Assembly: GCA_963806225.1 (NCBI GenBank)
Contig: CAWDXG010000001.1
Span: forward strand, 1,344,001 to 1,408,000
Origin: an uncultured delta proteobacterium
GTDB taxonomy: Bacteria; Myxococcota_A; Polyangia; Polyangiales; Polyangiaceae
Reading direction: 5' to 3'
Length of the DNA: 64,000 nt
Position numbers and translations under genes: made by a program. The notes under the pieces were generated by a model. The model saw nothing but the letters and a program-made list of their open reading frames with translations, was not told where the DNA came from and ran no database searches. Each line of letters starts with the position of its first letter. Position 1 is the first letter of the stretch. Positions 39,573 to 49,146 of this stretch are shown in pieces.

Positions 39573-40621
39573 CGCGAAAGGGCCCTCATCGAGACCAGCA
39601 TACCGAGCAGCGTGCGCGAGTAGTAGAAGGCCAGGAAACCGACCGCGAGCTGCGACAGCACACCGAGTGCGATGATCACGCGTCGGAGCCGTGGACGCTC
39701 CCGCGTGGCGTCCAGGCCGATGCCCGCAACCGAGGCGAGCAGGAGCAGGCCGGCCGAGGCCGGCGCGAGCAGCAACATCGCGCGCCAGGTCTGGGGCCGG
39801 TGCATCCTTGCCAGGATGACGGGCAGTGAGTAGGCGAACGCGCCGATGCCGAGTCGCCCGGGCGACAGCGCCTGCTTCAAACGGGAAGGGCAGAGCCCGC
39901 GCCAGCCACCGAGCCCGAGCGACAGCGCCACGAACAGGCCGATCAGCGCGAACGACAGCGGGCACGCCCAGCGCGCCACCCGTTCCACCTCGAGGAAGCT
40001 CGTTTCGGCCTTCTTGCCGAGACCGGCGCGTCGCAGCGCATCGATCGACGCATGCACGTCGCCGAGCTTCGCCCGTGCCAGCGCGAGCCCCATGGTCGCC
40101 GCCTGCCAGTCGGCGCGGCCCAGCCCCGGCTCGGCGAGCCACTTCTGGTAGGCGTGCACCGCGTCCAGCGGCCGGTGCAGCCGGTGGAACCAGGAGTCGG
40201 CGATGAGCTCGCGCGACTCGCGGCGCACCTGGCCCGGCGGAAAGCCGTCGACCTGCGTCTCGAACGCCCGCAGCCGCTCCACGGTCAGCTGTCCCGGCGC
40301 GAGCTGCTGCATCCGCATGAGCGCGGCCAGCGGACCGGCGCCGCCGCGGCTGCGCTCACCCAGCCACTCCAGCCGCGTGCGCGCGCGGCGCGCCAGCCTG
40401 GCGTGAGGTGCGGCCTCGATCGCCTGCCTGTAGAGCTGGATAGCGTTGTCCACGCGCTCCTCGCGCTCGGCCCGCTCCGCCTGGCGGATGAGCTCCGTCT
40501 GGCGAGCTGCCGCGGCCGGCTCCGCCGCTCCGGCGCGCGACGGCCAACCGGCGGCGGCGACGAGCAGCGCGAACGCCGCGACGAGCCCGAACAGCGCGCG
40601 GCGGTGGGGGACAGACGGCAC
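39569..40621 (-). CDS. Exported TPR-like helical domain plus C-terminal TM bundle
   Basis: Signal peptide (RRALF...AGA), AIQLYRQAIEAAP TPR-like helices, about 4 C-terminal TM segments. Confidence 0.7.
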   Translation of the reverse strand: MPSVPHRRALFGLVAAFALLVAAAGWPSRAGAAEPAAAARQTELIRQAERAEREERVDNAIQLYRQAIEAAPHARLARRARTRLEWLGERSRGGAGPLAALMRMQQLAPGQLTVERLRAFETQVDGFPPGQVRRESRELIADSWFHRLHRPLDAVHAYQKWLAEPGLGRADWQAATMGLALARAKLGDVHASIDALRRAGLGKKAETSFLEVERVARWACPLSFALIGLFVALSLGLGGWRGLCPSRLKQALSPGRLGIGAFAYSLPVILARMHRPQTWRAMLLLAPASAGLLLLASVAGIGLDATRERPRLRRVIIALGVLSQLAVGFLAFYYSRTLLGMLVSMRALSR

Positions 40622-40711
40622 GGCCGCGGAGTGTAGCGCCGGAAGCCGCAGCGTGCGCCGCGACGTCCTCCGGAGCCGCTGTGGGCGCGCCGCTCGGGGG
40701 CGGGAGCGGCC

Positions 40712-42163
40712 CTACTTCGTGTACTTGAAGCTCTCTATCGTGCTGCCGTCGGGGCGCAGGGCGCGATAGCCGAGCGTGTTGCCGTCGATGTCGAACACGA
40801 CGTAGTTGCGGGTCCTCTCGGTGTGCGCCGTGAAGTAGGCGGTGCCGGTGCCGTAGAGTGACGCGCCGGCGCCGCCGGCGACGAGGTAGATCGTGCCGCT
40901 ACCGTTCACCGGCGCGCCGTTCGCGTCGGCCTGGGCGAGCGCGCCGTTCTGCGTACCCGGCTGGAAGCCGCGGATGGGCAGCGAGCGCTCGTAGACGTGG
41001 TTGTGGCCGTTCAGCACGAAATCCACCTTGTACTGGTCGTACAGCGGCTGCCACGCCTTGCGCGTGTCCAGGTCGGGCGAGTGGTTCGACGCCGTGTAGA
41101 TCGGCTTGTGGTGTACGGCGAAGACCCACGGGGTCTTGTTCCGGTCGAGCTTGGACAGGTCGTCCTTCAGCCACTGCGTCTCGGAAGCCAGAGTGCTGCC
41201 CGTCGGCTGATCGTCGAGCATGACGAAGTGCGCGTTGGCGTAGCTGAACGAGTACCACTCCTCGCCTTCCGAGTCGGCGACCTCGCCCTGGCTCGCGGTT
41301 TCCGGCAGCGCGAACTGCGTGAAGTAGTTGATGACGAGGTTCTCGTGGTTGCCGTTGACGGGCATGAACGGGATGCGCGAAAGCGCGTCTTCTGCGCGGA
41401 AGCTGCCGCTGCTGGCCTCGAAAAAGGCATCCCAGTCCGCCTGGTTGGCGCCGGTGTGGACCGCGTCGCCGGTGAAGATCTGGAAATCGGGCGCTGCATC
41501 CATGAGCTTCTGCTCGATGGCGGCGAAGGCCGCCGGGTCGTCGCGCGAGTCGCCGAGCACCGCGAACCGGAACGGCGCCTGGGTCCCCGGCTTCGGGCCG
41601 GTCGCCACGTCGTAGACGGTGCTGAAGTGCCCGGGGCCGCCGACCTTGTAGTAGTAGGTCGTGCCCGCATCCAGCCCGCACACATGCACCTCGTGGATGC
41701 GCGTCTTCTGCGTGCTGAACAGGGGACTTCCGAAGATGAAAGTGTGGCCGGCCTGCAGCGTGACGCCGCTGCCCGCGCCGTCCGCGGCGCTCACCGCGGA
41801 CTTGTCGGTGCCGTAGACCAGCTCGGTGAGCCTCGTGTCCTGTCCTGTCTTCCAGTTGACGGCGAAGCTCGACGACGGATTGCCGGCCCAGCTGACGTGG
41901 ACGTGCACCGGGGCGGGGTCGGCGCCGGTGCCGCTCGCGTCCATCGAAGCGTCGTCCATGCCGTCGGGCAGAGTCACGGTGTAGCCGCAGCCCTTCGGCT
42001 GGTAGCTCGACAGCGGCCCGCCCGGGGAGCCGCCGCTGCCCGCCGAGCCTCCGCCAACTCCGGAAGAGCCGCCGCCAGCTCCGGAAGAGCCGCCGCTGCA
42101 GCCGAACCAGATCCAGGGCAGGGCAAGAGCCGGTGCCAGAGCCAGAAGCCACGTGGGGCGCAT
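40712..42163 (-). CDS. Purple-acid-phosphatase-type metallophosphoesterase lipoprotein with FN3-like domain
   Basis: Lipobox WFGC, TYYYKVG, GDSR, TGDAV, GNHE, VHHK, GHNH. Confidence 0.88.
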   Translation of the reverse strand: MRPTWLLALAPALALPWIWFGCSGGSSGAGGGSSGVGGGSAGSGGSPGGPLSSYQPKGCGYTVTLPDGMDDASMDASGTGADPAPVHVHVSWAGNPSSSFAVNWKTGQDTRLTELVYGTDKSAVSAADGAGSGVTLQAGHTFIFGSPLFSTQKTRIHEVHVCGLDAGTTYYYKVGGPGHFSTVYDVATGPKPGTQAPFRFAVLGDSRDDPAAFAAIEQKLMDAAPDFQIFTGDAVHTGANQADWDAFFEASSGSFRAEDALSRIPFMPVNGNHENLVINYFTQFALPETASQGEVADSEGEEWYSFSYANAHFVMLDDQPTGSTLASETQWLKDDLSKLDRNKTPWVFAVHHKPIYTASNHSPDLDTRKAWQPLYDQYKVDFVLNGHNHVYERSLPIRGFQPGTQNGALAQADANGAPVNGSGTIYLVAGGAGASLYGTGTAYFTAHTERTRNYVVFDIDGNTLGYRALRPDGSTIESFKYTK

Positions 42164-42242
42164 GATGACTTGGATAGCATTTCTGTGGCGACCGTGTAGC
42201 GAGCGGTGCAAGCCGCGCGAAAACCCGGTGCCGCGCTCGGTC

Positions 42243-44360
42243 CTATCCGCCCGGCGAGAACTTCAACGGGTAGGACACGGTGACAATCCCCCCTTCGGGC
42301 TCGGGAAACGACAGAGCCTGGAACGCCCGCACGACGCAGCTCACGACGGTCTTGTCCGGTAGGTCGCTGCCAGCGTCCTCTGCTCTGGATACCGCTCCGT
42401 CGCGCCCGATGACGAATCGCACGGAGACACGGCCTTCGAGCTTGGGGTTCTTCTTGAGCCCGTTGTCGTAGCAGAGCCGGAACTTTCCGGAGTTCTTGCG
42501 AACGATGCGCTGGATGACCTCCGGAGGCATACGTCCCGCCTTCGAGCTGGACGGTCCATCGGGTTGGTGCTTCGCGCTCCCGATCCCGTCGAGTCCCAGC
42601 CCGCCGCTACCGAACGTTTCAAATCCCAGCGCCGACGACGGAGGCCGGGATGCGAGCGCGTCTTCCTTCGTCAGTGCCACTTCGAGGGTCAGCTGCTGGA
42701 GCTGGAGGCTCGAGGCGAGGCGCAGGACATCGCCGAAGCGAACGTCCGGATCGGCGGTCACGCCGAGTGCGTCGAGATGCTTGTCACGGATCAGACGCAT
42801 GCGGTCGGAGAGGCTCCCTTTCAAGGTCTCGCGCTTGTCGCCGAACCGGGCCTCCCACGTGTCGCGTCCGAGATGAACGTGATTGGCTGCGCCTTCGCCG
42901 GTGCGGTTGTCCACCACCATGCTGATGCCCCCAAGCGGCTGGCTCAGCGCCCCCCATGGCTCCGGAAGCGCCGTCGGTCCCTCCGTGCGTGCTGGAAAGA
43001 CAAGGCTCTTCCCCTCGAGCCTCTGCAAGGACCCTGTCCCGGCCAGCACGCAGGCAACACGTGACCACGGTACCGACGCATCGACGGTGATCGCGCCCCG
43101 GCCGCCTTCCGCGGTCATCCACTGGTCGTACGCGGCCTTGCACGCGCTCCCGGTGAGGTCGGTCGTCGGCGTGACACGACTGCCATCCAGCTGCACTTTG
43201 CTGCGCCCGAAGACGAGACCGAGCGAGCGCACCCGCTCGGGGGCGTTCGGCACGACGGCGAGCTTGACGTCATCCGGAAGCAGCTTGGCGTTCATCTTGA
43301 CCAGGGCATCCGTGCGGGAACCACGCGGGACCATGAACATCAAGAGCACCACGCTGCCCACGAGCGTGGGAGCCAGCACGCCCGCCAAGGCGCTCCGGAC
43401 GGCTCCGCCCAGGTGACGGAAGGACGCTGCTGCGGCGGCGATGCCGACGAGCACGATCGGCACCAGGAAGAGCAGGTGCGAGGTGAACGCCGCCTGGGTG
43501 TCGATCAGGCCTTCGGCCATGATGCGCGCTCGCTGGGAGGGGTCGATGCTCGCTCCACCGATGGCGTCCAGGGCAGTCCGGAATCCGCCTCCATGCACGA
43601 CCGTGCTCGCGACAAGCACGCCGAACGTTCCGTACGCACACGCGATGAACAGGTCGCCGAGCGCTCTTGCCTTTGCCTGGTCATCGGCTTGCCTGTCGGA
43701 CAGAGCGACACCAGCGAGGATCGCGCCCGCGACCGTAGCGAGCGCCGGAAACCAACCGAACCCGAAGCTCGAGTGGTGGAAACCGGGCCACACGAGCGCC
43801 AGCGCACCGACCACACCGAGCCCCAGGACGCCAGCGACCAGGGCAGCGATGGCGCTGCTTCCCAGCCCGCCTTTGTCCACACGCGACAGGGCCCTCGCTC
43901 CGGACACGAACGCGGCGGAAGCGAACAACGTCAAGACGGCGACTCCGCCGAGGATGCCCAGGACCGTGACCTCCGAGGTGCCCACCGCGATGATTCGCGC
44001 CTTCATGACGGGTGCGACGGACGCACCTCCTACGGCGCCCATGACCTTCGACATGCCGAGCATCTCGAACCCGGCGCCCGCAAGCGCCACGAACAACGGC
44101 ATGACCGCGAGTGGCCAGGACCATGCCGTCTGTCGCAGGGTCATCCAGACGGAAAGTCCGATGCTCACCAGCACGGCCACGATCATCACGAAAAAGATGA
44201 CCCATACACCCCAGCCGCCCTCCATCAGGAAGGACCACACGCGTGCAGCCCCACCCGGGGCGGCAATGACGAACGCGAGCGGGAAGACGAACAACGACAT
44301 TGCGGCGCCGAGCGCACCGAGAACGATCGGCGTGACTTTGGACCTCGCCCCTGTACCCAT
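42243..44360 (-). CDS. Polytopic membrane protein with AgmX/PglI (TonB-C-like) C-terminus and ExbB-/ExbD-like modules
   Basis: C-terminal IQRIVR...CYDNGLKKNPKLEGRVSVRFVIG...C...FPEP...VSYP. N-terminal EGGWG, two ExbB-like segments and two ExbD-like ADxxV motifs. Confidence 0.75.
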   Translation of the reverse strand: MGTGARSKVTPIVLGALGAAMSLFVFPLAFVIAAPGGAARVWSFLMEGGWGVWVIFFVMIVAVLVSIGLSVWMTLRQTAWSWPLAVMPLFVALAGAGFEMLGMSKVMGAVGGASVAPVMKARIIAVGTSEVTVLGILGGVAVLTLFASAAFVSGARALSRVDKGGLGSSAIAALVAGVLGLGVVGALALVWPGFHHSSFGFGWFPALATVAGAILAGVALSDRQADDQAKARALGDLFIACAYGTFGVLVASTVVHGGGFRTALDAIGGASIDPSQRARIMAEGLIDTQAAFTSHLLFLVPIVLVGIAAAAASFRHLGGAVRSALAGVLAPTLVGSVVLLMFMVPRGSRTDALVKMNAKLLPDDVKLAVVPNAPERVRSLGLVFGRSKVQLDGSRVTPTTDLTGSACKAAYDQWMTAEGGRGAITVDASVPWSRVACVLAGTGSLQRLEGKSLVFPARTEGPTALPEPWGALSQPLGGISMVVDNRTGEGAANHVHLGRDTWEARFGDKRETLKGSLSDRMRLIRDKHLDALGVTADPDVRFGDVLRLASSLQLQQLTLEVALTKEDALASRPPSSALGFETFGSGGLGLDGIGSAKHQPDGPSSSKAGRMPPEVIQRIVRKNSGKFRLCYDNGLKKNPKLEGRVSVRFVIGRDGAVSRAEDAGSDLPDKTVVSCVVRAFQALSFPEPEGGIVTVSYPLKFSPGG

Positions 44361-44436
44361 GGTGGTACTCTAGCGGCGCCTCTCGCTCGAGCGCTGCGCT
44401 ATTTTGCGCTGCACGTGGAAGTTCGGTCGGCGTCCG

Positions 44437-45624
44437 CTAGGCGACCAGCCCGAGATCGCGGCCGATCTTGCTGAAGGCGCGGATGGCCTGGTCGACGTGC
44501 TCGGGCTCGTGCTGCGCGCTGAGCTGCACGCGGATGCGCGCCTGCCCCTTGGGCACCACCGGGTACGAGAAGCCGATCACGTAGATGCCCTCGTCGAGCA
44601 GTTTGGCGGCCATGTCCTGCGCCAGGCGCGCGTCGCCGATCATGATGGGCACTATTGGGTGGATGCCTTCCTTGATGTTGAAGCCCGCGGCCTTCATGCC
44701 CTCGCGGAACATGCGGGCGTTCTGCATCACGCGCTCGCGCAGCTCGCCGCTCTCGTCGAGCAGGTCGAGCACGGCGACGCTGGCGCCGGCGACGGCCGGG
44801 GCCAGCGTGTTCGAGAACAAGTACGGCCGCGAGCGCTGGCGGAGCAGCTCGACGATTTCCTTCCTGCCCGTGGTGAAGCCGCCGCTGGCGCCGCCGAGCG
44901 CCTTGCCCAGCGTGCTCGTCAGCACGTCGACGCGATCGAGCACGCCGAAGTGCTCGGGCGTGCCGCGCCCCGTAGGGCCGATGAAGCCGGTGGCGTGCGA
45001 GTCGTCCACCATCACCATCGCGCCGTGGCGATCGGCGAGATCGCAGATCTTGTCGAGCTGGGCGAGATAGCCGTCCATGCTGAACACGCCGTCCGTCGCG
45101 ATCATGCGCAGGCGCTTGCCCTCGGTCTTCTTCAGGATTTCTTCCAGCTCGGCCATGTCGCCGTTCGCGTAGCGGTGGCGTTCCGCCTTGCACAGCCGGA
45201 CGCCGTCGATGATCGAGGCGTGGTTGAGCGCGTCGCTGATGATCGCGTCGTCGGGGCCGAGCAGCGTCTCGAACAGGCCGCCGTTGGCGTCGAAGCACGA
45301 CGAGTAGAGAATGGCGTCGTCCGAGCCGAAGAACTTCGCGATGCGCGCTTCGAGGTTCTTGTGCAGGTCCTGCGTGCCGCAGATGAAGCGCACGCTGCTC
45401 AGCCCGAAGCCGTGCGTGTCGATCGCCTCCTTGGCCGCCGCGATGACGCGCGGGTGCGAGGAGAGACCCAGGTAGTTGTTGGCGCAGAAGTTCAGGACGC
45501 TCTTGCCGTCCGACTCGATGCGCGCGGCCTGCGGCGTGGTGATGATGCGCTCGCGTTTCTCGAGCCCCGCTTCGCGGATCGAATCGAGCTCGGCCTGGTA
45601 GATGGGCTTGGCTTTGTCGAACAT
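44437..45624 (-). CDS. kbl: Glycine C-acetyltransferase (2-amino-3-ketobutyrate CoA ligase)
   Basis: [38 protein letters not shown]. Confidence 0.96.
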   Translation of the reverse strand: MFDKAKPIYQAELDSIREAGLEKRERIITTPQAARIESDGKSVLNFCANNYLGLSSHPRVIAAAKEAIDTHGFGLSSVRFICGTQDLHKNLEARIAKFFGSDDAILYSSCFDANGGLFETLLGPDDAIISDALNHASIIDGVRLCKAERHRYANGDMAELEEILKKTEGKRLRMIATDGVFSMDGYLAQLDKICDLADRHGAMVMVDDSHATGFIGPTGRGTPEHFGVLDRVDVLTSTLGKALGGASGGFTTGRKEIVELLRQRSRPYLFSNTLAPAVAGASVAVLDLLDESGELRERVMQNARMFREGMKAAGFNIKEGIHPIVPIMIGDARLAQDMAAKLLDEGIYVIGFSYPVVPKGQARIRVQLSAQHEPEHVDQAIRAFSKIGRDLGLVA

Positions 45625-45633
45625 CCCTCTCTC

Positions 45634-46821
45634 CTAGAACTTGAAGACGACCTTCGGAAACGTCTGGATGCGCTCCTCGAAGCTGTCGGGCTTGTAGCTG
45701 TCGAAGTCGACGATGGGGCCGTCGCCCCGGTTGAGGATGACTTCCCAGATGAGATCGTGGATGTTGGGGTCGCGCGACTCGAGCAGGTGACGGGTGATGT
45801 GCCACGTCTCCCACACGCGGCGGCCGATCACGCTGTGCATGGCGATGCCGTCGACGATCACGCGGTCGAAGCTCTCGATGATGGCGTCGCCGCTCTTCAG
45901 TCCGAACAGGATCACGTCGCCGCCGCGGCGGACGATGTGGATGGCGTTGTTGACCGACGAGTTGAGCCCGCTCATCTCGAGCACCACGTCCACGCCTACG
46001 CCGTCGGTGAGCTTGCGCACCTCGGAGGCGAGATCCGGATCGTGCTCGTAGTTGTCGGGGGACTTCATGGCCGGCTCGAGCACCACGTCGGCGCCGAGCT
46101 TGCGCGCCATGGCCGCGTGGCTCTGGACCGGCTCGATGCCCACGATGTAGCTTGCGCCGAGCGCCCGCGCGATGGCCACGGCGAACAGACCGATCGTGCC
46201 GCAGCCGACGATAGCGACGCGCTTGCCGCGCAGGTTCACCTTGGTGCAGGCGTGCACCGCGTTGCCGAACGGCTCCTGGATGGCGGCGACTTCGGGGCGG
46301 ATCTTGTTGATGTTGGTGCGCCAGATCACCTTGGCCGGCAGCTTGACGTAGTCGCCGAAGGCGCCGTCGTAGCTGATGCCGATGATGAGGTCGTCGGCGC
46401 ACACGTGCGCGTCGCCCACGCGGCACTGGTAGCAGGCGCCGCAGTAGATGTGGCTCTCGGCTGCGACCAGGTCGCCCACCTCCAGGCCGAAGCTGCGCTT
46501 GGCGTCGCTGCCGACGGCCACGATCTCGCCGAATAGCTCGTGGCCGATGATGCGGCGCGGGCGCTCCTCGCGCATCTGCTTCGCTTCCTTGTCGAGCGAG
46601 CCCAGGATCATGTCCTTGAACGCGCGGCGGAACCAGATGCCGCGGTCCGAGCCGCAGAAGCCGACGAAGCGCGGCTTGATGAGCACCCGCGAGCGGTCGT
46701 GGTAGTCGGCCCGCTCGTCCAGCGTCGCCGCCGGGACCTCCTCCATGCGGAGGCCCTTGCTCTCTTCCCAGGGGTCGCGTGCTCGGTCGTAGACCAGCGC
46801 TCTCATCGTCGAGTCGGGCAT
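45634..46821 (-). CDS. tdh: L-threonine 3-dehydrogenase (Zn-dependent MDR)
   Basis: CGSD, GHE, AESHIYCGACYQC, EPFGNAVH, LEMSG. Adjacent to kbl. Confidence 0.85.
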   Translation of the reverse strand: MPDSTMRALVYDRARDPWEESKGLRMEEVPAATLDERADYHDRSRVLIKPRFVGFCGSDRGIWFRRAFKDMILGSLDKEAKQMREERPRRIIGHELFGEIVAVGSDAKRSFGLEVGDLVAAESHIYCGACYQCRVGDAHVCADDLIIGISYDGAFGDYVKLPAKVIWRTNINKIRPEVAAIQEPFGNAVHACTKVNLRGKRVAIVGCGTIGLFAVAIARALGASYIVGIEPVQSHAAMARKLGADVVLEPAMKSPDNYEHDPDLASEVRKLTDGVGVDVVLEMSGLNSSVNNAIHIVRRGGDVILFGLKSGDAIIESFDRVIVDGIAMHSVIGRRVWETWHITRHLLESRDPNIHDLIWEVILNRGDGPIVDFDSYKPDSFEERIQTFPKVVFKF

Positions 46822-46912
46822 GGCCCGACTCTTACGTCTGTCGAGCGCGCAGGTCGAGCGCGGGGCGCACGCCGCGCTGCGTCACCCAGCGCGGCGTGGA
46901 GCTGCCCTGCGG

Positions 46913-47605
46913 CTACTTCTTGGGTGCGACGGGCGCTCTGAGCTGGATGTGCGGCAGGCCCAGCCGCGGCGGCGTGCCCGTCTTGACGGCGGCCGATGCG
47001 GAAGCGGCGGCCTTGTCGGCGGCCTTCTTGGCGTCTTCGATGGCCTTCTGCGCCGAGGCATTCGCGGCGGCGGTGGCCTTGGCGCCCGCGTCGGCGGTCT
47101 TCGCGGCTTCGGCGGCCTTCTTGGCGGCTTCCTCGGCGGCCTTCTTGGCGGCTTCTTCCTGCTGCTTCTTCAGCTCGGCAGGATCGGCCTGCACGACCTG
47201 GACCGTGACCATGCGCCTCAGAATCCAGCCGGGTGACAGCTCGCCCACGCCGGACGGGTAGTCGACGAGCAACCAGTTGCCGTAGAGGGCCTTCTTGTTG
47301 ACGTAGGTGCCCTTGGCGAGGGTGGTCACGGAGTCGGTGGTCGCGTCCGCTTCCTTGTAGACCTTGGCGTTGGCGACCGTGACGCGGACGGTGCCCTTCG
47401 CTTCGGTCTCCTTGTCGCCGTAGCGCTTGACGGTGTCGGCCGGCGCGGGAGCCGCGGAAGCCGACGGCGTGGGTGCGGGCGCGGGCGCGGAGGCCGCGAC
47501 CGAGACAGCGGGCGGCGGTGCCTTCTTCTTCTTGCACGCCAGAAGAGCAGCCAGCACCAATGCCGCACTTGCGGCCGTCGTCAGCTTGTGGAGCTTGTGT
47601 CCCAT
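46913..47605 (-). CDS. Lipoprotein with SH3-like domain and Ala/Lys-rich tail
   Basis: LLAC lipobox, TLAKGT...WLLV...GWI, AAKKAAEE repeats. Confidence 0.7.
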   Translation of the reverse strand: MGHKLHKLTTAASAALVLAALLACKKKKAPPPAVSVAASAPAPAPTPSASAAPAPADTVKRYGDKETEAKGTVRVTVANAKVYKEADATTDSVTTLAKGTYVNKKALYGNWLLVDYPSGVGELSPGWILRRMVTVQVVQADPAELKKQQEEAAKKAAEEAAKKAAEAAKTADAGAKATAAANASAQKAIEDAKKAADKAAASASAAVKTGTPPRLGLPHIQLRAPVAPKK

Positions 47606-47696
47606 CGGTCCTCCTCGTCCTTGGCGCGGAACCCTACACCAGCTCCCCTACGCTTCACAGAGCCGAGCGATCCCTTTCGGCCGCGCGGCCGGTGCG

Positions 47697-49040
47697 TCAG
47701 TGCTTCGGCGCAGGCGGCGTCGTGTTCTTCGGGCGGTGCGCGAGGCAGCGGGCGATGCCGTCGACCAGGCGTTTGGGCGCGCCTTCGGGCAGGACGGGGC
47801 GGCCCATCACGTTGTGCAGCAGCCGGTGCCAGCCGAACTTGCCGTCGGGCGTGAAGCTCAGCCACACGAACATGGCGCGGCCCTTGATGCTGTTGAACGG
47901 CGCGCCGCCGCCGCGGCCGTTGTTCCAGGCGCGCGAGTCGCTGCTGTTGTTGCGGTTGTCGCCGAACACCCAGACCTCGTTCGGCCCCACGTGGTACGGC
48001 CCCTGGTGGCCGTCGTAGCGGTCGTTCTCGTACACCGTCAGGTACGAGTAGTCGCCCAGGAACTCCACGTCGAGCTCGCCCTTCTTCAGCTGGCCCTGGT
48101 CGCCCTCGTAGAACTCGTACGGCCCCACGTCGCAGCTCGGGACCTTCCAGCCGTTGATGATGGGATGGCCGGCGTCGGCCTCGAGCGTGTCGCCCGGTAG
48201 AGCGATGACCCGCTTGATGAAATCCTGGCGCGGATTGTCCGGGTTCGGGTCCGGATACACGAAAACGATCACGTCGCCGCGCTTGGGCGGCAGATTGCCG
48301 AATAGCCGCGTGTGCGTGAACGGGATCTCCGGTCCGTACAGGAACTTGTTGACGAAGATGTGGTCCTGGATCTGCAGCGTCGGAAGCATCGACCCGCTCG
48401 GGATCTTGAACGCTTCCACCACGAACGCGCGCAACAGCAGCGCGACCGCGACCGCGATGCCGATCGACTCGGCGTACTCCCTGAGCTCGCTCTTCTGCCA
48501 GCGCCCGAGGTGGCGCGCGACCAGGCGGTTTGCGTGATCGAAGGCGTCGCCGAACTGGTCCTCGTCGAACTTCTCGGTCTCCATCGTGTCGCGCAGGCCT
48601 TCGAGCGAGTCCTTGAGCTCGTCCCGGGACGCCGCAGGCACGCTGCGCTCCACGGCGCGGGAGTTCTTGTGCAGGATGCGCTCGGCCTCCTCCAGCAGGC
48701 CCGCCGCGGCCTCGTATTCCCGCCGGAGCTCGCGCGGCAGGTCCGTGCGGCCGCCGATGCCCGCCTGGGTCGCCAGCGGCAGATAGTGCCGCCAGTGGTA
48801 GAGGCCCATCTCGAACAGCGTGAACAGCACGATGCCCGCCGGCACCGGCTGGTCCTGCACGAGCCAGCGGATGCGGCCGAAGAAGGTGGAGGCGTCGGCG
48901 AGCTGGTCCGGCTCCAGCAGCCAGACCGCCGCAGCTGCCAGAACCAACGGCACCAGGACGAACCAGAGCGCCCAGAAGAGGTATCGGGGGAGGTTGGCGT
49001 TCTTCTGCACGAGGATCTGCCGCCGGAAAGCGGCGGCCAC
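47697..49040 (-). CDS. lepB: Signal peptidase I with long N-terminal extension
   Basis: FKIPSGSMLPTL, RGDVIVF, FIKRVI, GDNRNNSSDSR. Start is approximate. Confidence 0.92.
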   Translation of the reverse strand: MAAAFRRQILVQKNANLPRYLFWALWFVLVPLVLAAAAVWLLEPDQLADASTFFGRIRWLVQDQPVPAGIVLFTLFEMGLYHWRHYLPLATQAGIGGRTDLPRELRREYEAAAGLLEEAERILHKNSRAVERSVPAASRDELKDSLEGLRDTMETEKFDEDQFGDAFDHANRLVARHLGRWQKSELREYAESIGIAVAVALLLRAFVVEAFKIPSGSMLPTLQIQDHIFVNKFLYGPEIPFTHTRLFGNLPPKRGDVIVFVYPDPNPDNPRQDFIKRVIALPGDTLEADAGHPIINGWKVPSCDVGPYEFYEGDQGQLKKGELDVEFLGDYSYLTVYENDRYDGHQGPYHVGPNEVWVFGDNRNNSSDSRAWNNGRGGGAPFNSIKGRAMFVWLSFTPDGKFGWHRLLHNVMGRPVLPEGAPKRLVDGIARCLAHRPKNTTPPAPKH

Positions 49041-49146
49041 TCTTACCCGGCGTGAAGCCCCTGGGCAACCTGCGTGAGACGCCGTTTATGCCCTCGCGCG
49101 GCTCTCCTGGCTCGATACGGTGGAATTTCCCCCCGGTGGCCGTCGC

